64,000 bases of DNA from an uncultured Gaiellaceae bacterium. Lineage in GTDB: Bacteria; Actinomycetota; Thermoleophilia; Gaiellales; Gaiellaceae. The notes beneath the pieces are model-generated. The model was given only the letters and a program-made list of their open reading frames with translations, was not told the origin of the DNA and made no database searches. The translations under genes and the position numbers were made by a program. The stretch spans positions 125,620-189,619 of the forward strand of contig CAWFYY010000005.1 of NCBI GenBank assembly GCA_963820225.1, written 5' to 3'. Shown here one piece after another: positions 46,969 to 56,032 of this stretch. Every line of letters starts with the position of its first letter. The stretch's first letter is position 1.

Positions 46969-48113
46969 AGCACCTCTTCGAGGATTGCGACGGCGCGTTG
47001 GCACTCCGTCTCGGAGGGCACGAGCGCGACTCGGAAGTAGCCCTCGCCTGCGGCGCCGAGATACGAGCCGGGCGCGACCAGCACTCCGTGCTCGAGCAGG
47101 CGCTCCGCGAACCCTTCCGAGGACTCGCCCTCCGGGACCGCGAGCCAGAGGTACATCGTTGCTTCGCTGCCCGCGACCCGGATCCCCTTGCGGTCGAAGA
47201 GGTCGAGCAGGAGCGCCCGCTTGCGGCCGTACCGCTCGCGCGTCTGCTCGACGTGCTCCTCGTCGCCCCACGCGACCACCGACGCGCGCTGAACGAACTC
47301 CTGCGGCGCGGTCCCGACTGTCGGCCTGAACGCCTTCAGCGAGGCGATCAGCTCCGGGTCGCCCGCGGCGAAGCCGCTGCGGTACCCCGTCATCGAGCTG
47401 CGCTTCGAGAGCGTGTTGAAGACGATGACGTTCGTCAGGTCCTCGACCTGGAGGGCCGACGCGGGCGGCGCGCCGAACCAGAGCTCCGTATACGCCTCGT
47501 CGGAGGCGAGCACGAAACCGTGCTCCCGGGCGAGACCCGCAAGCTTCTCGTAGAAGGCGAGCGGCGCCATCGCGCAGGTCGGGTTGTTGGGGTAGTTGAC
47601 CCAGAAAACCGCGAGCCGTGACCAGGTCTCGTCGTCGATCGCGTCCAGGTCGGGCAGGAATCCGTTCTTCTCGTGCAGCGGCAGCGCCAGCGGCTGTGCG
47701 TGCGCGAAGAGAGCGCCGCGCTCGTAGACCGGATAGCCCGGGTCGGTGTAGGCGACCGTGTCCCGCGAGCCATCCGCGTCGACGACGGCGAGCGCAAAGC
47801 TGAAGATCGCCTCCTTGCTGCCGAGTGTCGGGATCACCTCCGTCTCCGGGTCGAGGTCGACGCCGAAGCGCCGCCCGGCCCAGGCGGAGATCGCCTCGCG
47901 CAGCTCGGGCAGGCCGACCGCGGCCGGATAGCCCATCCGCTCCCGGAGCCCGGCTACGAGCGCCTCGCGGATCAGCGGATCGGTCGGCTCCTGCGGGTCG
48001 CCCATCCCGAAGTCGATCACCTCGATCCCGCGCTCCTCGATGCGGCGTGCAGCCTCGTTCAGCCGGACGAACGGGTACGTGGTCTGGCGCTCGAGAATCG
48101 GGGAGACGGGCAT
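46965..48113 (-). CDS. dapC: succinyldiaminopimelate aminotransferase (class I PLP aminotransferase)
   Basis: Motifs are DFGMGDP, NYPNNPT and the PLP-Lys motif TLSKRSSMTGYRSG. It is the 382-aa tail of the 1261-aa track ORF, and its operon position is between dapE and dapD. Confidence 0.85.
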   Translation of the reverse strand: MPVSPILERQTTYPFVRLNEAARRIEERGIEVIDFGMGDPQEPTDPLIREALVAGLRERMGYPAAVGLPELREAISAWAGRRFGVDLDPETEVIPTLGSKEAIFSFALAVVDADGSRDTVAYTDPGYPVYERGALFAHAQPLALPLHEKNGFLPDLDAIDDETWSRLAVFWVNYPNNPTCAMAPLAFYEKLAGLAREHGFVLASDEAYTELWFGAPPASALQVEDLTNVIVFNTLSKRSSMTGYRSGFAAGDPELIASLKAFRPTVGTAPQEFVQRASVVAWGDEEHVEQTRERYGRKRALLLDLFDRKGIRVAGSEATMYLWLAVPEGESSEGFAERLLEHGVLVAPGSYLGAAGEGYFRVALVPSETECQRAVAILEEVL

Positions 48114-48115
48114 GG

Positions 48116-49210
48116 TCAGACGGTACCCGTGACGAACGCCCAGAGCGACTCGAAGGCCCGCTCCAGGGCGGCGGTCTCGACCTGCTCGTCGCGCCGGTGC
48201 GCGAAGCGCGTGGCCCCTGGCCCGAAGTTGACCGCATCGATGCCGCGCGAGGTGAAGTCGGCGACGTTCGTCCAGGCCTGCTTCGGCTCGAGCGCCAGGT
48301 CGCCCGCAGCGCGCAGGCGGTGCACGAGCGGCGAGTCGGTCACGACCCGGGCCGGGGGAGAGTCGCCGGCGTGCTCGTACGTCGCACCTTCCGGGAGCAG
48401 GCTGCGGAGGTAGGCGTCCGCGCTCGAGGGAGAGCGGTCGGGCGCGTACCGGAAGTTGATGTTCGCCTCGACGCTGTCCGGGATGACATTGCTCGCGATT
48501 CCGCCTTCGATCTGGGTGATGCTCGCGACCTCGGTGAAGGTGAGTCCGCCGATCTCGACCGGCCGCGGCTCGATCTGCGCGTAGGCGCGGAGACCGTCGA
48601 GCGCCTTGTCGATGGCGTTCTCTGCCGTCCACGGCCTGGCGGAATGCCCGCTGACGCCGTGGAACGTGATCCGGGCGTTGAGGTTGCCGAGACAACCCGC
48701 CTGGATCGTGTTGTCGGTCGGCTCGAGCAGAATCGCCAGCTCTGCCTCGTGCACGAGCCGCGAGCGGTCGAAGAGATCCGGCAGCGGGCTGAACTCGGCC
48801 GGCAGCTCCTCCTTGCCGAATGCGAGCAGTGCGACGTCGACCGCGGGCTCGATCCCGTCCTGTTCGAGCGCCCGCGCGAGCTCGAGCATCACCGCCAGGC
48901 CGCCCTTCATGTCGCTCGCTCCGAGCCCGACCACAGCGCCGTCCTCGATCCGGCCGGGGATGTTCTCCTGAGCGGGCACCGTGTCGTAGTGGCCGGCGAG
49001 CACGACGAGCGGGCGTCCGGCGCTCCGCGGCTGCGCCCAGACGAAGGCGTCCTCGCTTTCGTACTCGAGCACGAAGGACGGAGGGACGAGTGAACGGACG
49101 TGTGCAGCGATTTCCGCCTCGTTCCGGCTTTCGGACGGGATGTTGACGAGCTCGAGCGTGCGGGCGGCGAGCTGGGCGGCGAGGGCGGACATCGGCGGCA
49201 AGCGTGGCAC
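48116..49210 (-). CDS. dapE: succinyl-diaminopimelate desuccinylase (M20 peptidase family)
   Basis: Motifs are LAGHYDTVP and GLGASDMKGG. The start is GTG 49210 or ATG 49192. Confidence 0.88.
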   Translation of the reverse strand: MPRLPPMSALAAQLAARTLELVNIPSESRNEAEIAAHVRSLVPPSFVLEYESEDAFVWAQPRSAGRPLVVLAGHYDTVPAQENIPGRIEDGAVVGLGASDMKGGLAVMLELARALEQDGIEPAVDVALLAFGKEELPAEFSPLPDLFDRSRLVHEAELAILLEPTDNTIQAGCLGNLNARITFHGVSGHSARPWTAENAIDKALDGLRAYAQIEPRPVEIGGLTFTEVASITQIEGGIASNVIPDSVEANINFRYAPDRSPSSADAYLRSLLPEGATYEHAGDSPPARVVTDSPLVHRLRAAGDLALEPKQAWTNVADFTSRGIDAVNFGPGATRFAHRRDEQVETAALERAFESLWAFVTGTV

Positions 49211-49220
49211 AATCCCCGGT

Positions 49221-50549
49221 GTGACGACGCGTCAGGAGACCGGCTCGGGTGTCGAGCCCGAGCGCGGGCTCGTGCTGGCCGTCCTCCCGAAGTCCGCCGA
49301 CGCCGAGGAGGAGCTCGGCGAGCTGCGCGAGCTCGCTCGCACGGCGGGCGTCGAGCCGATCGGCGAGCTCGTCCAGCAGCGCTCGAGCCCGGACGCGCGC
49401 ACCTACGTTGGGAAGGGCAAGCTCGAGGAGCTGAAGCAGGCGTACGGCGACGCAAAGGCCGAGGTCCTGCTCGTCGACGGGGAGCTCGAGCCGTCGCAGC
49501 AGCGCGCACTCGAGAACGCCCTGACGGCACGCGTCGTCGATCGAACGCAGCTGATCCTCGACATCTTCGCCCAGCACGCCACGAGTGCGGAGGGGAAACT
49601 CCAGGTCGAGCTCGCCCAGCTCGAGTACAACCTGCCGCGGATGCGTGGCATGTGGCAGCACCTCGAGCGCCTCGGCGGCGGCTCGGGTGCGCTCGGCGCG
49701 GGAGTCGGAACGCGAGGCCCCGGCGAGTCCCAGCTCGAGACCGACCGCCGCATCGCCCGCCGCAAGATCTCGCTCCTGCGCCGCCGGCTGCGCGACCTCG
49801 GCAAGCAGCGAAATGTCCGCCGCAAGGAGCGTTCGCAGAGCGGCACACCCAGTGTTGCGCTCGCGGGCTACACGAACGTCGGCAAGTCGACGCTCCTGAA
49901 CGCCCTCACGGGCTCCGAGGTCAGCGTCGAGAACCGACTGTTCGAGACGCTCGATCCGACGACGCGCGCGTTCGAGCACGACGGGAAGCGGTATCTCGTG
50001 ACCGACACCGTCGGGTTCATCCGCCGCCTGCCGACGCAGCTCGTCGAGGGCTTCGCCTCGACGCTCGAGGAGACGCTCGTCTCGGATCTCATCCTGCACG
50101 TCGTCGATGCCTCGGAGACAGACGACCGGCTGGAGGAGATGATCGATTCCGTGGACACGGTCCTGCACGAGATCGGAGCAGACGAGGTGCCGCTCGAGCT
50201 CGTCCTGAACAAGATCGACCGAGTCGACCCACTCGGGCGCAAGAGGCTGGCGAACGGCTTTCCGGGTGCCGTGCAGATCTCGGCGGTGACCGGAGAGGGC
50301 CTCGACGAGCTCCGGGCGAGGATCGCGGCCCGGTTCGCCGACCGCTACGAGGACGTTCGGCTGCTGCTTCCCTACGAGGACGGTGGGAAGCTCGCCGAGC
50401 TCTACGCACTCGGTGCGCCGATCCACGAGCGCGAGGACCTCGAGCACGGCGTGCTGATCCGCGCCCGCCTGCCGCAGCGCGAGGTGCGGCGTTTCGCCCG
50501 CTATCTCATTGCGGACGCGCACGAAGGCTCGGCGGCGGAACGAGGGTGA
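49221..50549 (+). CDS. hflX: GTPase HflX
   Basis: N-terminal HflX domain (VDRTQLILDIFAQHA..LQVELAQL). GTPase motifs are G1 GYTNVGKSTL, G3 DTVGF and G4 NKID. GTG 49221 is chosen as the start. Confidence 0.92.
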   Translation: MTTRQETGSGVEPERGLVLAVLPKSADAEEELGELRELARTAGVEPIGELVQQRSSPDARTYVGKGKLEELKQAYGDAKAEVLLVDGELEPSQQRALENALTARVVDRTQLILDIFAQHATSAEGKLQVELAQLEYNLPRMRGMWQHLERLGGGSGALGAGVGTRGPGESQLETDRRIARRKISLLRRRLRDLGKQRNVRRKERSQSGTPSVALAGYTNVGKSTLLNALTGSEVSVENRLFETLDPTTRAFEHDGKRYLVTDTVGFIRRLPTQLVEGFASTLEETLVSDLILHVVDASETDDRLEEMIDSVDTVLHEIGADEVPLELVLNKIDRVDPLGRKRLANGFPGAVQISAVTGEGLDELRARIAARFADRYEDVRLLLPYEDGGKLAELYALGAPIHEREDLEHGVLIRARLPQREVRRFARYLIADAHEGSAAERG

Positions 50550-50977
50550 TCGATCTTCCGGTCGCGCGCCTGCGCGACGACGCCATCCTGCCTTCGCAGG
50601 CGTACGAAGGCGATGCCGGCCTCGACCTCGCGGCGTGCGAACGACTCGAGCTCGGGCCCGGCGAACGAGGTGTGATCGGCACGGGCCTCGCGGTTGCAGT
50701 TCCGGAGGGGTGGGCGGGCCTGGTGCTGCCGCGCTCCGGGCTCGCAGCAACGCACGGGATCACGGTCGTCAACTCACCTGGCTTGATCGACGCCGGGTAT
50801 CGCGGTGAGGTGAAGGTGATCATGCTCAACACCGACAAACGCGAGCCATTCGTCGTGGAGCCCGGAATGCGGATCGCGCAACTCGTTCTCGTCGAGGCGG
50901 CAGGCGTGCGGTTGGTCGAGCTCGATGAGCTCTCGCTCAGTGAACGTGGCGCTGCCGGGTTGGGCTCGTCGGGATGA
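50546..50977 (+). CDS. dut: dUTP diphosphatase
   Basis: GTGA overlap with the hflX stop. Motifs are AGLDL, PRSG and GLIDAGYRGE; length is 143 aa. Confidence 0.92.
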   Translation: MIDLPVARLRDDAILPSQAYEGDAGLDLAACERLELGPGERGVIGTGLAVAVPEGWAGLVLPRSGLAATHGITVVNSPGLIDAGYRGEVKVIMLNTDKREPFVVEPGMRIAQLVLVEAAGVRLVELDELSLSERGAAGLGSSG

Positions 50978-51429
50978 TCGGGGCGGAGCCGAGGATTCGC
51001 GTCTCGGCGCTCCTACGGTGGGGCGACGGCATTCTGCTCTGCCGTCACGACAAACGAGGCCGCGATGTCTGGCTGCTCCCGGGCGGTGGCGTCCACTCGG
51101 GGGAGACGCTGATGGACGCGCTCGAGCGCGAGATCGCGGAGGAGGTCGGGATCGTGGCCCCACCGCTCGAGGGCCCGATCGCGATCGTCGACTCGATCGC
51201 GCCCGGTCTTGCATTGACGACGAAGCACGTCGTCCACATCATCTTTGCGGGCGAGGTCACGGGGTCGCTCGAAGCCGTCACCTCGACCGACGAGGCGGTT
51301 CGCGGCCATCGTCTGTTCACCTACGACGAGCTCGACGGGATCGTGCTTCATCCGCCCATCCAGCGTTTCCTCCAGCGCCGCCAGTCCGGTGACCCAGCTG
51401 TGTACCTTGGAGCCTTGTGGACCCCATGA
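50974..51429 (+). CDS. NUDIX hydrolase
   Basis: Nudix box GGGVHSGETLMDALEREIAEEVG. ATGA overlap with the dut stop. Confidence 0.85.
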   Translation: MIGAEPRIRVSALLRWGDGILLCRHDKRGRDVWLLPGGGVHSGETLMDALEREIAEEVGIVAPPLEGPIAIVDSIAPGLALTTKHVVHIIFAGEVTGSLEAVTSTDEAVRGHRLFTYDELDGIVLHPPIQRFLQRRQSGDPAVYLGALWTP

Positions 51430-52829
51430 AGAGTCTGCTCGGCCTGACGGCCGACTACGCGGCGCAGTTTCTGGACTCGCTCGACGAACGCCCGGTGCGA
51501 GCGAGGGTCTCGGTCGAAGAGCTCGTGGAGAGGCTCGGAGGTCCCCTGCCGGAGGAGGGAATCGAGGACGCGGAGGTGCTCGCGGAGTTGATCGCCGGGG
51601 CCGAGCCCGGCGTCGTCGGAACGCAGACAGGACGGTATTTCGGCTTCGTGATCGGCAGCGCGCTGCCGGCCTCCGTCGCGGCAGACTGGCTGACGAGCAT
51701 CTGGGATCAGAACGGTTTCTCCGTGATCACGTCACCGGCGGCGGCTGCCGCTGAGGATGTCGCCGCCACATGGCTTGCAGAGCTTCTTGGGCTGCCGGCC
51801 GGCGTGTCGAGCGGGTTCGTCACAGGCGCGCAGGGAGCGAACTCGACGGCACTCGCTGCCGCGCGCCAACACGTCCTCGCGCAGGCCGGCTGGAACGTCG
51901 CGAGCGACGGCCTGAATGGAGCGCCGCGGATCCGCATCCTCGTCGGGGGCGAGCGCCACGTCACGCTCGACCGCTCGCTGCGGCTGCTCGGACTCGGGAC
52001 GGCGTCGGTCGAGCTCGTTACCGTCGACGATCAGGGCCGGATGGACGCAGATGCGCTCCGCAAGGCTCTCCAAGGTTCCGCCGGGCCGGCGATCGTCTGC
52101 GCTCAGGCAGGCAACGTCAACACGGGTGCGTCGGATCCGTTTACGCCGATAGCCGAGGCGTGCGAGGCCGCCGGAGCCTGGCTGCACGTCGACGGCGCGT
52201 TCGGTCTGTGGGCAGCCGCCAGCCCTCGCTTCGAGCACCAGGTCGAAGGGATCGAACGTGCGGACTCCTGGGCGACAGATGCGCACAAGTGGCTGAACGT
52301 GCCCTACGACTGCGGCGTCGTCTTCTGCCGGCATCCGGAAGCCCACGGCGACGCGATGGCCGTGGCGGCGAGCTATCTCCAGCGCGCCGACGGACGGAGC
52401 CCGTCCGACTGGGTGCCGGAATCCTCCCGCCGCGCGCGCGGATTCACGGTCTGGGCGGCATTACGCGCCCTGGGCCGCAACGGCGTCGTGGAGCTGGTCG
52501 ACCGCTGTTGCGACCATGCGCGCACCTTCGCATCCGTCCTGGGCGCGGAGGATGGCGTCGAGATCCTGAACGACGTCGTCCTCAACCAGGTCCTCGTGCG
52601 CTTCCACGACGACGACGAGGCGACCCGAGAAGTGGTTCGCCGTGTCCAGGCCGACGGCACCTGCTGGCTCGGCGCAACCGACTGGCAGGGCCGGGCGGCG
52701 ATGCGGATCTCGGTCTCCAGCTTCCGGACGACGGCGGAGGACGTCGAGCGGTCGGCGGAGGCCATCCTGAGTGCGTTCAAGAACCTCGAGGGAGTACCGA
52801 TAGAAGAGAGGTGGGCTCCCTCCGGCTGA
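51417..52829 (+). CDS. pyridoxal-dependent (group II) decarboxylase family protein
   Basis: PLP-Lys motif SWATDAHKWLNVPYDCG; 470 aa with a fold-type I layout. Confidence 0.85.
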   Translation: MDPMKSLLGLTADYAAQFLDSLDERPVRARVSVEELVERLGGPLPEEGIEDAEVLAELIAGAEPGVVGTQTGRYFGFVIGSALPASVAADWLTSIWDQNGFSVITSPAAAAAEDVAATWLAELLGLPAGVSSGFVTGAQGANSTALAAARQHVLAQAGWNVASDGLNGAPRIRILVGGERHVTLDRSLRLLGLGTASVELVTVDDQGRMDADALRKALQGSAGPAIVCAQAGNVNTGASDPFTPIAEACEAAGAWLHVDGAFGLWAAASPRFEHQVEGIERADSWATDAHKWLNVPYDCGVVFCRHPEAHGDAMAVAASYLQRADGRSPSDWVPESSRRARGFTVWAALRALGRNGVVELVDRCCDHARTFASVLGAEDGVEILNDVVLNQVLVRFHDDDEATREVVRRVQADGTCWLGATDWQGRAAMRISVSSFRTTAEDVERSAEAILSAFKNLEGVPIEERWAPSG

Positions 52830-53731
52830 TCGTTGCGGCTGCCGCCGCGCTGGTGGCGTGCGTTGCCGCTCCCGCCTCGCAGGCCTATGTGATCAAGGGG
52901 AAGCCGTGGCCGGGCGGCACGATTCGCTACTACAACGCCGCGCCCGACCAGGCCTGGCCGGTGGCCCGCGCCGTCTACGTCTGGAATCACAGCGGCGCAC
53001 GCATCCGTTTCGTCCCGAGCCCGCTTGCGTCGGCGCAGCTCGTGATCAAGCACTATTCGCCCAACCGCTGCGTCGGTCACGCGCGCGCGACTGTCGGATA
53101 CGTCCGGCAGGCGATCATCGAGCTGCCGCAAGTCGACGAGAGATCGCAGCTTTGCAACAGCTACTCGAGCGCGCATGCCGTCGCGCACGAGCTGGGGCAC
53201 GTCCTCGGGCTCGGTCACGAAGAGCGCGGTTGCGCGCTGATGAACAGCCGTGGAACGTGGAGCGGCGCCGAGCATTGCCGCGCCGAGGCGGACTGGACCT
53301 GGCGCTGCGGCCTGCTCGAGCCCGACGACGTCAACGGCGCCGTGGCGCTCTATGGGGGCCGCACGAGTGCCGCGACCCGCGGCTCCTGTTTTGCCTACGC
53401 GGCGATCCGTGCGCCGCTCGGCGTCTCGGCAGTGCGCCGGGCGGATGGGATCGTCGGGCTCCGCTTCGGGCGTCCTGATGCTCCGCCGATGCCCCTCTTC
53501 CTCGCCGCCCTGACGCGGTCGACGGGCGGCTGGGCGATCGCGAGCGCCCGGAATGCATGCCCGACAGCGTTCACCGGCGCGAGGCGCTACGCCTGGAGCG
53601 TCGGTATCGGCGAGCAGATGTCGATCGCCGAGCGGCCCTCTCAGCCGGGCCGTCACTGCTACGCGCTCTGGTCGACCGACTCGCTCGGACGTCCGAGCGA
53701 CCGCCCGGCGACCGCCTGGGTCACCGTCTAG
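52811..53731 (+). CDS. secreted matrixin-like (M10 family) zinc metalloprotease
   Basis: Signal peptide, HELGHVLGLGHE (HExxHxxGxxH) and a Met-turn candidate ALMNS. GTG 52811 lies within the long track ORF. Confidence 0.7.
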   Translation: MGSLRLIVAAAAALVACVAAPASQAYVIKGKPWPGGTIRYYNAAPDQAWPVARAVYVWNHSGARIRFVPSPLASAQLVIKHYSPNRCVGHARATVGYVRQAIIELPQVDERSQLCNSYSSAHAVAHELGHVLGLGHEERGCALMNSRGTWSGAEHCRAEADWTWRCGLLEPDDVNGAVALYGGRTSAATRGSCFAYAAIRAPLGVSAVRRADGIVGLRFGRPDAPPMPLFLAALTRSTGGWAIASARNACPTAFTGARRYAWSVGIGEQMSIAERPSQPGRHCYALWSTDSLGRPSDRPATAWVTV

Positions 53732-54480
53732 AACCGCCCACCGCGACGACGTGCCCGCTCGGCTGCGACCGCGTGGGCGTTCGTTTCGAGGCGGTCGGGC
53801 AGCGGCTCGAGCTCCGGCGGCTCGCCGCCCGTCGCGTGCGCCAGAGCCTGCGACAGGATCCAGTCCGCGAGCCAGGGATTGCGGGGGAGGAGCGGGCCGT
53901 GGAGATAGGTGCCCAGGGCGCGACCTACTCGCACCCCTTCGTACCCAGACTCACCGTCGTTTCCGAATCCGGCAATGACGCGACCGAGCGGCTCGGCGCC
54001 CGGATCGAGGCGTGTGCGACCGGCATGGTTCTCGAAGCCCGCGATCGTCCGGCGCTGTCCGGGAACGAGCTCGCACTCCAGGAGCACGTCGCCGATCATC
54101 CGCCGCTCGCCCGCGACGGTCTCGTGCGGGAAAAGGCCCACACCGGCGAGCCACTCACCGTGCTGGTCGAGATAGCCGCGCCCGAGAAGCTGGTAGCCGC
54201 CGCAGACCGCGAGCAGCGCTGCGCCCGCATCGACGGCCTGTTCGATCGCTGGGCCCTTGCCGACCAGGTCCGGGGCGATCAACGCCTGTTCCCGATCCTG
54301 GCCGCCGCCGATGTAGAGGAGATCGTGCGCGCCCGCTCCGACCTCGTCACCGACCGAGATCGCCGTCACCTCGAGCTCGTGCCCGCGGAGTCCCGCCCGA
54401 CGTTCGAAGACGGCGATGTTGCCCCGATCGGCGTAGATGTTCAGGTAGTCGGGATAGAGATGCCCGACACGAATCTTCAT
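53728..54480 (-). CDS. gatD: lipid II isoglutaminyl synthase, glutaminase subunit GatD (CobQ-type amidotransferase)
   Basis: Motifs are MKIRVGHLYPDYLNIYADRGN, the nucleophile motif AVCGGYQLLG and YLHGPLLPRNP. ATGA overlap with the murT stop. Confidence 0.88.
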   Translation of the reverse strand: MKIRVGHLYPDYLNIYADRGNIAVFERRAGLRGHELEVTAISVGDEVGAGAHDLLYIGGGQDREQALIAPDLVGKGPAIEQAVDAGAALLAVCGGYQLLGRGYLDQHGEWLAGVGLFPHETVAGERRMIGDVLLECELVPGQRRTIAGFENHAGRTRLDPGAEPLGRVIAGFGNDGESGYEGVRVGRALGTYLHGPLLPRNPWLADWILSQALAHATGGEPPELEPLPDRLETNAHAVAAERARRRGGRF

Positions 54481-55844
54481 GAACGCTCCCAGTACGGCTT
54501 CGCGTGACCTCGCTCCGTCAGGATCCGCTGGAGCGCGAGCATGGCTGTGTAGGTGGGGAGGACGACGAGCTCGCCGCCGGACGGTGTCAGCGCCAGCCCG
54601 CGATCCAGTGCCCGCGCGAGATCGGGCTCGACCTCGAGGGCATTCTCGTCCAGACCGCCGTAGACGCAGCGCACACCGAGCTCTGCCGCGCGGCCGCCCG
54701 ACGCGATCAGGTGCTCGACGTGGACCAGAAGCGGCTCGAAGTCGACGTCCCAGATCCAGGACACGTCCTGACCGTCGGCGATCGCGTCGTTCAGCGCGAC
54801 GAAGAGCAGCGAGGGGGCGCCGCCCTGCTCGAGCGTGTGGACGACTTCGTTCGCGCCGGCGGGATTCTTGATCAGGAGCACCAGGATCGTCCTGTCCCCG
54901 GCGGCGATGCGCTCGAAGCGGCCGAAGGCGGCGCCGAATCGCTCGAGCCCTGCCCGAATCTCGTCGAGAGGCGCACCGAGGACCTGTGCCAGCGCAGCAG
55001 CCCCGAGTGCGTTGTAGACGTTGTAGAGCCCGGGGAGCGGCAGCCGAACGCGGGTCGACCCTGCGGGGGTCTCGAGCTCGAACGACACGCCTTCCAGCCC
55101 GTCGAGCTCGATCGCGCGCGCGCGCACCTGAAGCGGGGGGCGAGCGTGGCCACACGCCGGGCAGTGGTAGTGGCCGAGATGCCCGACGTACGCGGCGGCG
55201 AACTCGTACGGCCGGCCGCAGCGAACGCAGTAGCGCGAGTCGGCTGCGTGCTGCAGCGTCGGGCGGGCGTGTGCGGGATCGTCGATGCCGAAGGCGATCG
55301 TGCCGGCGCGATCGCGCCCGAGGTCGCCGACCTGCGGGTCGTCCCCGTTGACCACGAGCACCGTCTCCTGCGGAAGGCCTGCGGCCGCCAACCGCCAGTT
55401 GGCGGCGATGTGCTCCAGCTCGCCGTAGCGATCGAGCTGGTCCCGGAAGAGGTTGCCGAGCAGCACGGCGCGCGGCCGCACGCGGCGCGCGATCTCGGGC
55501 AGCGCGCCCTCGTCCACCTCCAGGAGCCCGAGCTCGGCGTCACGCTGCGTCAGGAGCGTCGAGGCCACGCCGGAGGCGAGGTTCGCGCCGGAGCGGTTCC
55601 AGGCAAGGCGGTGCTTCGGCTCGAGAATCTCGGCGGCCATGGCGGTGGTCGTCGTCTTGCCGTTCGTTGCGGAGATGACCGCGGCGCCGTCCGGGAGCCG
55701 CGCTGCGAGCGCGTCGATCGCGCTCGGATCGAGCTTCCAGAGCAGCTTGCCCGGCAGGGTCGTGCCGCCGCCCGTGCCCGCGAGGCGCGAGAGCTTGCCG
55801 GCTGCTCGAGCAGCGAGGGACTCGACTGCGAGACGGGCACTCAT
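54477..55844 (-). CDS. murT: lipid II isoglutaminyl synthase, Mur-ligase-like subunit MurT
   Basis: P-loop ISATNGKTTT and zinc ribbon CVRCGRPYEF...HYHCPACGH, with a DUF1727-like C-terminus. Confidence 0.9.
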   Translation of the reverse strand: MSARLAVESLAARAAGKLSRLAGTGGGTTLPGKLLWKLDPSAIDALAARLPDGAAVISATNGKTTTTAMAAEILEPKHRLAWNRSGANLASGVASTLLTQRDAELGLLEVDEGALPEIARRVRPRAVLLGNLFRDQLDRYGELEHIAANWRLAAAGLPQETVLVVNGDDPQVGDLGRDRAGTIAFGIDDPAHARPTLQHAADSRYCVRCGRPYEFAAAYVGHLGHYHCPACGHARPPLQVRARAIELDGLEGVSFELETPAGSTRVRLPLPGLYNVYNALGAAALAQVLGAPLDEIRAGLERFGAAFGRFERIAAGDRTILVLLIKNPAGANEVVHTLEQGGAPSLLFVALNDAIADGQDVSWIWDVDFEPLLVHVEHLIASGGRAAELGVRCVYGGLDENALEVEPDLARALDRGLALTPSGGELVVLPTYTAMLALQRILTERGHAKPYWERS

Positions 55845-56032
55845 CCGCGGGCGAGAGTACCCGTAGTCCCTCGATCGAGTGAACTTCGCCCGGCCTAACC
55901 CTAAAGGGTGAGGAAGCGTCCCCTAAACGCGCATACGGTGGGGCGCGGTTAGCAGTAGGGCGCGGTCTGCGGTACGTCCGGCCCCACTGTCCAGGTTCAT
56001 GCGGCCCGCGCCCAGCGCGGACAAGGAGAAAG

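Noticed and set aside
46965-50750. A 1261-aa minus-strand ORF spanning the dapC, dapE and hflX region.
   Set aside because: Only the last 382 codons (48113 to 46965) show aminotransferase homology. The upstream part is Arg/Ala/Pro-rich, low-complexity translation that runs out of frame through dapE and antisense to hflX. Long stop-free frames are expected at about 70% GC.
49100-50977. A 625-aa plus-strand ORF.
   Set aside because: Only the last 143 codons, from GTG 50546, are dUTPase. The rest is an Arg-rich alternative frame of hflX.
51770-53731. A 653-aa plus-strand ORF.
   Set aside because: Only the part from GTG 52811 (signal peptide plus the HExxHxxGxxH protease) looks coding. The upstream portion is an alternative frame of the PLP decarboxylase gene.
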